Below, piece after piece: positions 18,554 through 28,458 of a stretch of 64,000 bases of DNA. Position 1 is the first letter of the stretch; each line of letters opens with the position of its first letter. The notes beneath the pieces are model-generated. The model was not told the origin of the DNA. It saw nothing but the letters and a program-made list of their open reading frames with translations, and did not search any database. Position numbers and translations under genes: made by a program. Location of the stretch: the IMG/VR virus record IMGVR_UViG_3300015371_000019. One strand, written 5' to 3'. Source of the stretch: an uncultured virus (IMG/VR IMGVR_UViG_3300015371_000019). Its lineage: Duplodnaviria; Heunggongvirae; Uroviricota; Caudoviricetes.

Positions 18554-18897
18554 TACAAGTAAGCTGTAAACAGGGTTTCAGTTGCCCGGAGGTTGGGAGT
18601 CTTATCGAATCTCCTCACCTCGAAAGTGTTCGTCACCGACAACGGATCCGTAGGCGTGTTGGAGTCCAGCTCACCGAGCATGAGTCGATCGCCGGGGAGC
18701 ATTACCCGATCCGTGTACACCATAGACCGGGAGGATCGCTTCTCGCCGTCCGCCGCCAAAAACTCTTGGGACACGTCGTCCCACCGGCACAGGATCTCCA
18801 CCGGGGCGGCGAAGGAGTAGGATCCGTATTGGTCCGCTTGGGCATTCCTCTGCCACCAAACGGCCCGCTGCCGCCTCATTTTAACAATGATGCTCAT
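18553..18897 (-). CDS. Head closure protein
   Basis: Size, D.YG motif and synteny. Confidence 0.6.
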   Translation of the reverse strand: MSIIVKMRRQRAVWWQRNAQADQYGSYSFAAPVEILCRWDDVSQEFLAADGEKRSSRSMVYTDRVMLPGDRLMLGELDSNTPTDPLSVTNTFEVRRFDKTPNLRATETLFTAYL

Positions 18898-19526
18898 ACG
18901 AGAACCTCCCTCTCATGTAATACGGACTGGAACACCTGGAAGTTGACACAAGGAAACACCCGCAGCTTAGAAGTCCCGTCCGACACGTTGAACACCTGAA
19001 CCTCCGGCGGGAGACTAGCCTTGAGGGTGGCGAACCCTTGGATATGGCGGGAGAACGATTCCTGGGTGATGCCCTTGATTTGGTGCGTATGCCAATGGTG
19101 ATCCTTCCCTTGCAGACACATATCGAAGCCGAGTAGGAACACCCTCGCCGCCCCTAACAGGACAGCCAGGTTGAGGGCGACCGCCCCGGTGGAGGCGTTA
19201 AAACCTAGGGTGTCCCCGGTGTGGAACCCGTCCCTTACCCTCTTCATATTGAGGATCCCTGGAACGTCAAAGTTCTCCATCCCGTTACTATTGGTAACGA
19301 TCCGGTTGGGGAACTTCTCCAGCTCCCACTTGTTCTTGTGCCACCAACCTACGTCCGCAAAGCAGCAGATCTGTACAACGGTCGGCCCTAGTCGGAAGGC
19401 GTCGTTGCATCCGATCACCCGGCGGCCGGTGAGGGAGGAAAAGTCAAACCCTATGAGGGAGGCCCCGCCTCCGATGATAAAGGCGTCTTGCCCGTCCCAT
19501 TCCCTAGTAGGAGTCCACGGGTTCAT
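18894..19526 (-). CDS. Maf/DUF115-like (sialyltransferase-fold) glycosyltransferase-like protein
   Basis: IIGGGASL, IGCND, STG..A.NLA..LGA..V.LLGFD, H-H; start inferred at MNPW. Confidence 0.65.
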   Translation of the reverse strand: MNPWTPTREWDGQDAFIIGGGASLIGFDFSSLTGRRVIGCNDAFRLGPTVVQICCFADVGWWHKNKWELEKFPNRIVTNSNGMENFDVPGILNMKRVRDGFHTGDTLGFNASTGAVALNLAVLLGAARVFLLGFDMCLQGKDHHWHTHQIKGITQESFSRHIQGFATLKASLPPEVQVFNVSDGTSKLRVFPCVNFQVFQSVLHEREVLV

Positions 19527-19912
19527 GGGCAAGTGGGAGGATCCGTCCCTAACCACGTCACGTTGGCCTGCCTCCGTCCCTTCTTGTTGGAGAGACTGCG
19601 GAGGAGCCCGGAGGTGTCGAGCGTCATGGCCATCTGCCCGTAGTGGGAGGTGTTGAGGTTCAGATCCACCGCGCTTTGGAAAGAAGCAGCTACGGTGCCG
19701 GCTCTTTCCTGCGTAGTGCGAGGATCCCTGACTGTGTAAAAGTGGGCGGAAAGCCACGTCTCGATGAGCTGGAGACGGGCGGCGTCGTGGCCGGAGTCCG
19801 ACGCAATATCGTCCACGAGGGCGGAGGCCGCTAAGATAAAAGGGTCGAGGCTGATCGTGGTATCAACCTCGATGATCCCTTTGACCAAGTCGGATGTAGT
19901 CCTAATGGCCAT
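19523..19912 (-). CDS. Head-tail adaptor
   Basis: WLSAHF, TSHYGQ.A..LD motifs; follows capsid genes. Confidence 0.7.
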   Translation of the reverse strand: MAIRTTSDLVKGIIEVDTTISLDPFILAASALVDDIASDSGHDAARLQLIETWLSAHFYTVRDPRTTQERAGTVAASFQSAVDLNLNTSHYGQMAMTLDTSGLLRSLSNKKGRRQANVTWLGTDPPTCP

Positions 19913-20139
19913 TATTCGTCCTCAGTCTCCTCCACCTTGGGGGCGGTCTTCTTCTTCTTCGGAGGAACCGGAGGAGGAGGCGGACCGGCGGCCCCGGCCG
20001 AAGACTGGACAGTATCCGGCACGACTTCAAACTTCCCCGTGAACAGCTTGACGAGGTCCTGGGTGGAGCTCACGACCTGGCCCTTGGTGTAGCGCCTGTT
20101 ATCCTGATAGTGAGTTCCTGCGATGACTCTGAACTTCAT
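19912..20139 (-). CDS. Hypothetical capsid-associated protein
   Basis: Small ORF after major capsid gene; Pro/Lys tail. Confidence 0.55.
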   Translation of the reverse strand: MKFRVIAGTHYQDNRRYTKGQVVSSTQDLVKLFTGKFEVVPDTVQSSAGAAGPPPPPVPPKKKKTAPKVEETEDE

Positions 20140-20198
20140 GTTATTAACCCGTTCTGATCCTAACCAGCCTCGCTAGGATCTGTTGATTTGTTTTTACC

Positions 20199-20235
20199 AA
20201 AAAACTGCCGGAGGGGAGGCTAGTCCCTCCGGCAG
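20199..20235 (-). terminator. Intrinsic terminator after major capsid gene
   Basis: CTGCCGGAGGG/CCCTCCGGCAG stem followed by T6 on - strand. Confidence 0.85.
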
Positions 20236-20265
20236 CCGTTGCTTCAACCCAACCTCACCCAAGTC

Positions 20266-21327
20266 TTACGTCGTGCTGCCGTGGACGATGCCGGTGTTCC
20301 CGTTGAAGTCGGCCCTCAACTGGGGCACCAAGATCGCCATGACCTTGAAGTTCAGGCGCATCCCGCCTTCCTCTTCCCACTGCACCGTGGTGATGTCCAT
20401 CCCGACGACCTCGCGGATGACGTCGGAGGTCTGCTGGACAAGGAGGAGGGTAAACACTCCAGTGCCCAAGTAGTCGGCCGTCCGCACATCCTGAATCCCG
20501 GAGATCTTCTTGATCCGTTCCCGGAGGGTCGCGTCGCCCTTGGCCGTCGAGTAGTCGTCGTCAAGGTATTGATCCCAAGCCGGTGCATTGTACAGAACCC
20601 AGGGTCCGTAGTGGAGGTGATCCTGGCTCGCCTGCCGCATCGCCAACACTTCGCGCACCGTGATCAACGGAGTCCACCCGGTGTCCTCCGGAGAGGTGAT
20701 GGTGGCCGTGATTCTCGACGGGAAGTTGGTCAACCCGTACACCGTCCCGCCGCCGTAGCTGTAGGAGGCCGCGGTTCCGAGCACGAGCTTCTCCGCCTCT
20801 TCCGACACCCGCCGGGCGGCGAGCTGTGCGGTCGTGACGTCGATGGAGGTTTGCTGGCCCCGGGACGTTGCGATCTGTCTCGCATTGAAGTAGAAGTCCT
20901 TGTGGATGACAGGCAACGGGAGGTTTACCAAGTCATACTCGGGACGATCCCCTTCACCCTTGCGGGCCGGGTCCATGCTGATCGTGGCCGCCGTGATGTC
21001 GCTGACCGACTCGGTTTGCAGCACCGTCTTGCCCATCCCGTTGGGGATGGAGAAGGTCAGGCCGGCACCCCGGAGGTCCGCCACCACGCGCAACCGCTCC
21101 TTCGCAGCCATGATGATGGCGTCGTCGAGCAGCTTCCACTCGTCCTTGCGCAGCGTCGCATTGGCAACGGGCGTAGGGACAGCGATCATTTTACCGTTGT
21201 GATTTTGGGCGATGTAGTGGCGCCCGTCCTTACCGATCCAGGGGCGGAGGCAAGACACGTCAAACCCATTGCTGAGCAGAGACGCCGCAACCTTCCCCTG
21301 TGCTTGTCCGTTTAGAATGAAGTCCAT
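20266..21327 (-). CDS. Major capsid protein (HK97 fold, linocin/encapsulin-like)
   Basis: EWKLLDDAI, PLPVIHKDF..NAR, YGLTNFP motifs; synteny. Confidence 0.9.
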   Translation of the reverse strand: MDFILNGQAQGKVAASLLSNGFDVSCLRPWIGKDGRHYIAQNHNGKMIAVPTPVANATLRKDEWKLLDDAIIMAAKERLRVVADLRGAGLTFSIPNGMGKTVLQTESVSDITAATISMDPARKGEGDRPEYDLVNLPLPVIHKDFYFNARQIATSRGQQTSIDVTTAQLAARRVSEEAEKLVLGTAASYSYGGGTVYGLTNFPSRITATITSPEDTGWTPLITVREVLAMRQASQDHLHYGPWVLYNAPAWDQYLDDDYSTAKGDATLRERIKKISGIQDVRTADYLGTGVFTLLLVQQTSDVIREVVGMDITTVQWEEEGGMRLNFKVMAILVPQLRADFNGNTGIVHGSTT

Positions 21328-21358
21328 ATGGTATTCGTTCCTTTCAGGGTTACTGGGT

Positions 21359-21790
21359 TTATACGATCCGGCAGCGGATCCTCTCGTCCGCCGACTCGCT
21401 ATCCGCCAGGTTCAACGTCTCCAAGGCGATCGCGATCGGTTTGTCTGTGGAGGAGAGCTTCTTCAGCGCCCCGTCCCCGTTACTGACGAGCGTATCACCC
21501 TTGGTGACGTTCTCGCCCCATGACAGCCAGGCGTAAACCACGTCGCCCGGTTGTGCCACCACCGCTCCGACCACGTCATCAGCGGCATAGGAATCACCGA
21601 TCTCCTTGCCTTGGAGGGCATCCTCGAGCGCGAACAGCCGCTCGGCGTAACCTCCCGCGGAGGCGTGCTTAACCACCTTACCGTCGGAGTCCATCTTGAT
21701 GAGGTCGCCGGGGCGGACAACTCCCGCCGCAACGAACTCCTCGTGCCGACCATCACCCAACAGGTGAATTCTTTTCGGTACTTCTGGCAT
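21359..21790 (-). CDS. Head decoration/cement protein
   Basis: GD.LVSNGDG.L, IAIALE; between protease and capsid genes. Confidence 0.7.
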   Translation of the reverse strand: MPEVPKRIHLLGDGRHEEFVAAGVVRPGDLIKMDSDGKVVKHASAGGYAERLFALEDALQGKEIGDSYAADDVVGAVVAQPGDVVYAWLSWGENVTKGDTLVSNGDGALKKLSSTDKPIAIALETLNLADSESADERIRCRIV

Positions 21791-21821
21791 AGTATTTCCT
21801 TTCGTGTTCTGTTAACTGCGG

Positions 21822-23375
21822 TTATTTGCCGAAGTTGATCACCGGCATCACCAAGGCTTCCTCGGCCTCGTTGCCCACCGGGACGGGCGCCTGGCCGCCG
21901 TAGTAAGGAGCCGGGGTGTGGGTTTCCGCCGGCTTCTGGCCGGCCAACCGGACGAGGTTCCTCAACTCGCCGAGCGGCTTGGCTTCCAACTCCTCCTTGG
22001 TGTATCCGTTGTTCGTGTTCGCCAGGATGACTCCAATGAGTTTGGCCTTCTCCTCAGTGTGCATCGAAATGCCGCTGTTCAGCACTTCCTGGATCTGCGG
22101 AGGAGCCATCTTAATGTAGTCGGCCACCGTCACCGGGGCTGACGACTGCGTGTTTGTCGCCGGGGCGGGAGCTGCCGGGGCCGTTGGCGCGGCCGGAGCC
22201 GCCGGAGGCGGAGACTTCACGAGGGAAATGCGCGACAACTGAGCTTCCGTGAAGGCGTTGAGTTGAGGCCGGTCCTCTTCCGTGAGCCCGACGTTCGCCG
22301 CGATGAGGGCGTCGATCTTCTCCTTCGCTTTGGGCGTCGGAGCCGGGACCACCTTGATCCCACCCTGGATCTGCTTGAGCTGATCGTCGCCGAGATTCAT
22401 CAACACCGGACGGTCCGTCTCCTTCCATCCAGTATTGCTCGCGATGATCGCGTCCACTGTTTCTTTTTTGTTCATAGTTTCCTGTTGGTTGTTACCGACG
22501 AAGGTTCCTTCCTTCACCGTCCGGTATTCTGTCACACGAGTGACTTCTACTGGCGTCCCGTCACCCAACGTAACGCCAGAATTGTCTGCTGTGTAGTCCA
22601 GCCTCCAGAGCTTCCCATCCTTTTCGTAGATGAAGAAGTTGGAATACACATCCGCAATCCAAATGAACGGCCCGTCGTCTGCGACGTTGAACTTCTTCCG
22701 GACCGCCGTGGATAAAGCCGAGTGAATGTTCGACATGGACATCTCGTTGTCGAGGACGCCCATTTTGATCAACGCCTTCCGCAAGGCCTTACTGGCCGGG
22801 TTGTCGTTGAAGGCATTGTTGCGGAGGAAGCCCGCCCCGTCCGCGATGGAGCAGGCCCCAACTTGGTCAGGGAGTAGGGCGAGGTGATCGGGCCGGTAAT
22901 TGCGGGCGATCCCGGCATACTCCTCGCCTTTCCAGGTCCCGGTCGTGTCTTCCACGTCCACGAATACCCCGGTTGAGAGCTCCATCATCTCCTTGGCGTC
23001 GATCGCCGTCATGATCCGGTCGTCCACCGTATTGGCCCGGTCCTTCTCGATCCAAGCCTCAGACTTCAGCCGGCCGCCTTCAAACTTGGTGTTCATCATC
23101 AGCCCGACCTTGCGGTTGTTGATGATGGTCGGGTCGCAGGCAGAAATGCCTTCCCCGTTCATCGTCGGATGATACACCACAATAGGCTTGTGATTCCAGA
23201 CCACTGGAGTCTTGCTAAGTTCCTCCTTGGGATAGTAGAGGGGACCTTGGGACCCTTGGTGTACTCCTTCGGTGAGGATGATCATTGGAACCACAGTGTA
23301 GTTCCTGCCCTCCAGGGTGTCCAATCGACAGCCCGCCGGAAGTAAGTTACAGGTAAGTCTCGAAAACTGTTTCAT
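21822..23375 (-). CDS. Prohead protease/scaffold (DUF2213-like)
   Basis: P...HP, ELSTG, DHLALL...GACS; repeated helical C-terminal scaffold. Confidence 0.8.
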   Translation of the reverse strand: MKQFSRLTCNLLPAGCRLDTLEGRNYTVVPMIILTEGVHQGSQGPLYYPKEELSKTPVVWNHKPIVVYHPTMNGEGISACDPTIINNRKVGLMMNTKFEGGRLKSEAWIEKDRANTVDDRIMTAIDAKEMMELSTGVFVDVEDTTGTWKGEEYAGIARNYRPDHLALLPDQVGACSIADGAGFLRNNAFNDNPASKALRKALIKMGVLDNEMSMSNIHSALSTAVRKKFNVADDGPFIWIADVYSNFFIYEKDGKLWRLDYTADNSGVTLGDGTPVEVTRVTEYRTVKEGTFVGNNQQETMNKKETVDAIIASNTGWKETDRPVLMNLGDDQLKQIQGGIKVVPAPTPKAKEKIDALIAANVGLTEEDRPQLNAFTEAQLSRISLVKSPPPAAPAAPTAPAAPAPATNTQSSAPVTVADYIKMAPPQIQEVLNSGISMHTEEKAKLIGVILANTNNGYTKEELEAKPLGELRNLVRLAGQKPAETHTPAPYYGGQAPVPVGNEAEEALVMPVINFGK

Positions 23376-23496
23376 GTGTTCTCATGGTTTAGAGTTCACT
23401 TTCAACACCGGGAACTATCACTCAAAAAAGCGGTCCGGGTAAACTACTTTTTTGCGAAAAGTGAGAACACCTAGGCCCGTCCCGCCTCGTGTTAAC

Positions 23497-23904
23497 CTAG
23501 TTACTTTCCGCCTGTTTCTCTAACCGTTCCTTCAAGGACTCGGCTGGATCCACTGGCTTGAACGGCCGGAGGATGATCGCGTTGCGCCGGAGGTTGTCGA
23601 GGGTTTGAGTCTTATCATCCACGATAAGGAGGGAGAGCTCCTCCGGGTTCAGCTCGTCGGAGATCGCGTGGGAAATGATCTTAAGGGACTCACCAAGTAG
23701 TTGGTATTGGTGGCAAAGCACCGTGTACTGTTGGCAGAGTTGGGTGTGGCCGTTCTCCTGCGCCGCTAGGGTCCCTTCCTGGATCCGCTTCCACCGCTTC
23801 TCGACCTCGACGGCGGAAATGTTGAGGCGGGTCGCGATCGTTCCGGTGGAGAGTCCGCAGCCCTTCAGTTTGACTAGATACAGGTCATCGTTGGATAGGT
23901 TCAT
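23497..23904 (-). CDS. HTH-containing protein
   Basis: GLSTGTIATRLNISAVEVEKR. Confidence 0.55.
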   Translation of the reverse strand: MNLSNDDLYLVKLKGCGLSTGTIATRLNISAVEVEKRWKRIQEGTLAAQENGHTQLCQQYTVLCHQYQLLGESLKIISHAISDELNPEELSLLIVDDKTQTLDNLRRNAIILRPFKPVDPAESLKERLEKQAESN

Positions 23905-24706
23905 GGTTTCCTTTGCTGGTGAGTATGTAATCGTAAAGCACTTTCCGGTTCTGATCCATACTGGTCCCTTTGGCCGCCGGGTGCCAATGGTGGAGTAAGC
24001 ACAGCCACGGGTCCCGATCCAACAACAGCTGGGCTTTGGGACGGCTGATCTCGTCCCGACACCTCCGGGTGACGTTGGCTAGAGTGAGGGCGCCCGGCAA
24101 CGGATCCTCGCCCCGCTGATACTTCTCCAACATATAGATCTGCTGGTAATCCTCCCACCCGTATCCGTGGAAGCCGGGGCTGCATCCTCCTAGGGCGAGG
24201 TAGTCTTTCCGCCGACAGATGAAGTTGGTCGCGGCCGGCCCTAAGTAGGGCATCGCGGCGTAGGTCCTCCGGTTGCCCATGACTTGCTCGTAGGCCCGGC
24301 CAATTAAGGGGCTGTCGAGCAGGCAAACGGAGTAGAACTTGGAGACGTAGAACATACCCCCGTTAAACCACTCCCGCGGGCCGGCCGAGTCGAGGATCGG
24401 GAGGAGGCTCCTGAAGTAGTACTGGTTAGGGAATGCGTCCACATCCAGCTTCATGATCCACTCCGACGGGGCGGCCTCCGCCCCTAGGTTGTGGTAATAC
24501 CCGATGGATCCACCGGGAGGCTCGAACCGGAGCATCACCTTGATGTTGATTCCCTTGGCCTCTTCAGCCCACCAAGCCGGGGGAAGTTCACCTATGAAAT
24601 AGACGAGGTGAAAGATGTCCGGCCGGGTCGCGTAGCGGAGGTTAGCCAGCCACAACCGGAGCATCTCTTCCCGTCTCCACACCGTGGTAATAGTCGTTAG
24701 GATCAT
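23885..24706 (-). CDS. Glycosyltransferase, GT-A fold (GT2-like)
   Basis: NLGA, KLDVD, LGG..PGFHGYGWED, HHWH. Confidence 0.8.
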   Translation of the reverse strand: MILTTITTVWRREEMLRLWLANLRYATRPDIFHLVYFIGELPPAWWAEEAKGINIKVMLRFEPPGGSIGYYHNLGAEAAPSEWIMKLDVDAFPNQYYFRSLLPILDSAGPREWFNGGMFYVSKFYSVCLLDSPLIGRAYEQVMGNRRTYAAMPYLGPAATNFICRRKDYLALGGCSPGFHGYGWEDYQQIYMLEKYQRGEDPLPGALTLANVTRRCRDEISRPKAQLLLDRDPWLCLLHHWHPAAKGTSMDQNRKVLYDYILTSKGNHEPIQR

Positions 24707-25365
24707 TCCATCCTCTTGTAATACTCGCCCTCGAGGAGCGGTGTCTTCCGCGTCATGGTAGCCTTGAAGTCGTGGGGCCGATAGTACGCCATCGGGAGGA
24801 TCCGGTAGTCCATGCTCACCCTCGTCTTACCCGTATCGTTCAGCTTGTTCCCGTGGGTCAGGACGTTCCCGTTGAACTCTATCAGGTTCCCGACCCGCAG
24901 CTCCATCGGCTGATAGTCTTCCTTCCCCGGCTCGGACTCTACCCAAACACTCGCCGTCCCGGAGGAGTTGGTGAGCGGGATGATGTAGTTCATCTCCCCG
25001 GTAGGGTGCCCAAACTGGGCGTCGTTGTGGAAGGCCCCGACCGCTAGGTTGCCCCGAAGGTGGACACGGAAGGTTGGGAACTTCTGATAGAGGAACGGAG
25101 GTTTCCAAATCGGGATCATGACGTCCCGAATAAAGTCCTCGTAGAGGCATTCCATCTCCCACCAACCGTCGTGATACTTGCCGTAGAATTTCTGGTGGAA
25201 GGAGGTGCAGGAGTCCGCCCCTACTTTGAACAGCTCGTCGTGCTTCTCGTCCAAGTCCTCGAGGTTGGACACCCCGAGTAGGTTCCTGATCAGCCGGACG
25301 AAGTCGTGTTTGATCGTGTCGTATCGAATGATGTGATATCTCATAGTATCGTGATAGGATGTCAT
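24703..25365 (-). CDS. StrG-like 2OG-Fe(II) dioxygenase
   Basis: Q..PTFRVH, FHND..GH, HGN..N.TG.TRVS.D.R. Confidence 0.75.
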   Translation of the reverse strand: MTSYHDTMRYHIIRYDTIKHDFVRLIRNLLGVSNLEDLDEKHDELFKVGADSCTSFHQKFYGKYHDGWWEMECLYEDFIRDVMIPIWKPPFLYQKFPTFRVHLRGNLAVGAFHNDAQFGHPTGEMNYIIPLTNSSGTASVWVESEPGKEDYQPMELRVGNLIEFNGNVLTHGNKLNDTGKTRVSMDYRILPMAYYRPHDFKATMTRKTPLLEGEYYKRME

Positions 25366-26018
25366 AATGGATCCTGTGGAACCGTATGTGCGATGCGTGT
25401 GTACAGTTTATCTCCCCAACCCTGCGGCATCAACTTCAACTCCCGGCCGACGAGGAGGAACGGCTCGAGGTAGGCGTCGATCTCCTCCACCATCGGGCAA
25501 CCCTTATAGAGCTCCCGGATGTTCACCTCGATGTAGGCGTAGGAGAAGCACCAGAGCAAATCGCCCAGCCCCTTGAGTGCCAGGAGCTCCGCCCCTTGCA
25601 AGTCCACGTTGAGGAACCAGCCCGGCCCTACTCGAAGGTCGTGATACTTCAATAGGGTATCCGCCCGCACCGTCCGCATCCCGATCCGCTCGGTGTACAC
25701 GGTGCCGGGATACTCCTTCGCATGAGTCCCTAGCTCGAGGAAGGAGGAGGATTGCGATTCGTTATTAGCCCGGTTGAAGACTACGTTGTCGCCGTCCTTG
25801 TCGCTGAGGCAAGCACAGAGGGCTGTATGTCCGGGGTACTTCGCCACATTCTCGACGAGCCGGGCGTGGACATCCTCAAGAGCCTCCACCCAAATTACCC
25901 GCTGGATGCCGAGCTTCTCGTAGATCTCCGCCTCCTGCCCGGTGTTCGCCCCAAGGTGGAGGACTCCGCGGGTTTGGATCTTGTAGCGCCTAAACACTTC
26001 TTTGAAGTCAATTAGCAT
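25362..26018 (-). CDS. FkbM-family SAM methyltransferase
   Basis: HLGANTG, VEA, SSS.L, DLQGAELLALKG, EV. Confidence 0.9.
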   Translation of the reverse strand: MLIDFKEVFRRYKIQTRGVLHLGANTGQEAEIYEKLGIQRVIWVEALEDVHARLVENVAKYPGHTALCACLSDKDGDNVVFNRANNESQSSSFLELGTHAKEYPGTVYTERIGMRTVRADTLLKYHDLRVGPGWFLNVDLQGAELLALKGLGDLLWCFSYAYIEVNIRELYKGCPMVEEIDAYLEPFLLVGRELKLMPQGWGDKLYTRIAHTVPQDPL

Positions 26019-26679
26019 ATTTCACTTGGTCTAGGTAGAGCGGGAGGACTTGGGCCCTCTTCTCCCAAGAGGCCGGCCCCGACATGTGGATGGTTGGCAT
26101 ACCCGGAACCCACAAAGTCCCGTCCGACCAAATCTCCGGGCAGAAGCATCCTATCTCTGCCGCCGTGCATCCTCGAACACCAGCATAGTTGGTTTCCCGT
26201 ATAAGCTCGTCGAAATACCACTGTTCCCATGGGTGATGCGTGATAATAACCCGCTCGTTGGGTCGGACGGAAGGGCTTCCGATTTCGCATCGTTCCCTCC
26301 ACTCGGTAACAAACGCCCGGGACTGTTTGCAGTTCTTCCATACTGTGAGGCCCGCGCAGAGGTACTTCCAGGCCGTCCAATTACCCTGCTGGTAAGCTGC
26401 CACAAAGATGCCGGGGTGTAGTAGCTTGGAGAGATCCACAGTTTGATCCATAAAGAGCACATCAGCATCAGCCCAAAGGACAACCTCCCAACCCTCCTCA
26501 AAGGCCCGATCAATTTCATACACCTTGGAGAAGCTAGGGTGGAGATCCTTCCAATGTTTCTCCGACACGATTCGATACTCATAGCTATTGGACCGGGCAT
26601 AGACGGCTTGGTTCTCTAGGAACTCTTGGCAGTACACCCTAATCTCGGAGGTGGCGATGGTGAGTAGTAGTTTGCTCAT
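26008..26679 (-). CDS. Glycosyltransferase, GT34/GMA12-MNN10-like
   Basis: YA...Y.Y, F.K, WADAD, AG, WEQ, IH. Confidence 0.7.
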   Translation of the reverse strand: MSKLLLTIATSEIRVYCQEFLENQAVYARSNSYEYRIVSEKHWKDLHPSFSKVYEIDRAFEEGWEVVLWADADVLFMDQTVDLSKLLHPGIFVAAYQQGNWTAWKYLCAGLTVWKNCKQSRAFVTEWRERCEIGSPSVRPNERVIITHHPWEQWYFDELIRETNYAGVRGCTAAEIGCFCPEIWSDGTLWVPGMPTIHMSGPASWEKRAQVLPLYLDQVKYAN

Positions 26680-27221
26680 GGCTTTTCGATCCACCAGCTC
26701 TTGTAATCCTCCTCCTGAGTCACCCCGACCTTCAGCCGGTCAGGCATGGCAAACATATCGACCGCCGCCTTCACACCGTAGATCACCCCGTCTTTGAGGC
26801 CTTGCAAGTAGTCGTGACCGGCCAGGATCCCGCCGGCCCGGACCTTAGGCCACCAAAGGTTGATGTCCTTGACGACCTCCTCGAAGGTGTGGTTGGCGTC
26901 GATGTACACGAAGTCGAAGAAGTTGTCCACGAAGTAGGGTGCCGCCTTCTCGGAGGTCATCCGTTCCACAATCGCCCGTCCCTTGTAAGTGTTTGCCTTC
27001 TTGAGGATCCTCTTGTAACGGGCTTCCTGGTCCTCGTCCCCGTGGACACTATACCCCGGAACGCTTAATCTCTTCCACGGGTCCACTAGGTAGTGGGTTC
27101 CCGGCCAGTGATCCAAAAGGTGCCAGCTGAAGTAGCCTTCGGCCACCCCGATCTCGACAGAGTACTTGGTCCGCCCGGTGCTTACCAGGAGTTGTGGGAA
27201 GTCGTTTCTGGTTCTGATCAT
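26676..27221 (-). CDS. Class I SAM methyltransferase (Methyltransf_24-like)
   Basis: VEIGVAEG, VDPW, DFVYIDANH, GG.LAGHDY. Confidence 0.9.
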   Translation of the reverse strand: MIRTRNDFPQLLVSTGRTKYSVEIGVAEGYFSWHLLDHWPGTHYLVDPWKRLSVPGYSVHGDEDQEARYKRILKKANTYKGRAIVERMTSEKAAPYFVDNFFDFVYIDANHTFEEVVKDINLWWPKVRAGGILAGHDYLQGLKDGVIYGVKAAVDMFAMPDRLKVGVTQEEDYKSWWIEKP

Positions 27222-27285
27222 GGAAGTGATGGGGCTGGCAGTCGCTCGACAACCAGCCGTTGAATATGGAGTAAGGCTTCTTTGC

Positions 27286-27669
27286 TTAGTTGGTGAGGGT
27301 GATTAAGAGTTGACTCACGCCGGATGGCGAAGCGGGCGTCCGGGCGTTTGTAGAGAAAACCTCGTAGAAATTTGAGGCTGATACGGCAAAGAAGTTCACG
27401 TCCTGCGGGACCATGAGGAATACCCCCAAGTTGGTCGCCGACGGGACGTTGGGGAGGGTAGTCAGTAACGTCCAATTGGTAGTCGCTTGGTTGGTGATGT
27501 TGGCAAGCTGGTTCGTGTGCCAGACCCGGTAGAGGATGTTTGGATCGTCCACCGGGTTGGTTCTGTTAGGGTTGGTCCAGGTGAGGAGGACCCGCCTCAA
27601 CGGCGGGGCTTGGGCTGCGAGTAGCGGTGCCGCGATTATCACGGCAAACGCTATGAGTGTTTTTAACAT
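27286..27669 (-). CDS. Secreted FN3-like protein
   Basis: Signal MLKTLIAFAVIIAAPLLA; LTW, YRVW, FFAVSA; N/T-rich. Confidence 0.6.
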   Translation of the reverse strand: MLKTLIAFAVIIAAPLLAAQAPPLRRVLLTWTNPNRTNPVDDPNILYRVWHTNQLANITNQATTNWTLLTTLPNVPSATNLGVFLMVPQDVNFFAVSASNFYEVFSTNARTPASPSGVSQLLITLTN

Positions 27670-27689
27670 AGTTCCTTCATTGTTATGGT

Positions 27690-28415
27690 TTACCACTGTC
27701 GCTCAATTATCTTCGTTGGGATCGCCCACGTCCAGACCTGTTCTCCGGTCCACTCCGGAACCTTCCCCACATAGGGAACCTTCCGCCCGGTGTCCATGTA
27801 GGCCTGCTTGGATCCGCCGCGGGAGCTGATCCTACCGGGTAGCGGACGGTTGTACCAGTAGAAAGGCTTGAACCGTTTGATGTCAATTCCCATGGAGGCC
27901 ACCCCTACGCTACGAAGCCGGCGATCCATCTCTTGGTCGTCCCCGGCATACTCCGGCCGGTAGCCTCCGTGTTTCTCCACGAGGCTCCTCCGGAATGCCC
28001 AACAACCGTGATAGGCGAAGCGTCCCGTCTTACGGCTGAATGTCTCGGATTGGACCCACTCCCCGTTGACAAAATCCATGGCATACTTGGGTTGGACGAG
28101 CTCGGCCCTCTTGAGTGCATCGGCCAAGGACTCCAACCACCACGGCATATAGATGTCGTCATCGTCGGCCTTGGCGAGGGCCCAAGTATCGAAGGAGGCG
28201 AGGGCGATCGCGGCATTGTTCTTCTCCCCTAAGGAGGAGAAGCGCCGCGGGACAGAGACGACCTCCCAACGGTCGCCCTTCTGGTTCTCGTATTGGCCCC
28301 CGTCGTCGAGGATGATGAGTTCCCGGTCCTCGTAGGTTTGATTCTCGAAGCATTTGATGAGCCGGCCGAGGAGCTCCGGCCGGTTGAGGGTGGGACAGAA
28401 GGCCGTGATCTTCAT
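27690..28415 (-). CDS. Glycosyltransferase family 2
   Basis: CPTLNR, LIILDDG, LGEKNN, DDDD, GGY. Confidence 0.85.
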   Translation of the reverse strand: MKITAFCPTLNRPELLGRLIKCFENQTYEDRELIILDDGGQYENQKGDRWEVVSVPRRFSSLGEKNNAAIALASFDTWALAKADDDDIYMPWWLESLADALKRAELVQPKYAMDFVNGEWVQSETFSRKTGRFAYHGCWAFRRSLVEKHGGYRPEYAGDDQEMDRRLRSVGVASMGIDIKRFKPFYWYNRPLPGRISSRGGSKQAYMDTGRKVPYVGKVPEWTGEQVWTWAIPTKIIERQW

Positions 28416-28458
28416 ATCGCCTTCAACTCCTCATTCACCTGTCTCAGCTTGGCTTGGA

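Noticed and set aside
20266..21327. Encapsulin/bacteriocin nanocompartment
   Set aside because: Lies in a complete head operon with protease, decoration and adaptor genes, so it is the phage capsid.
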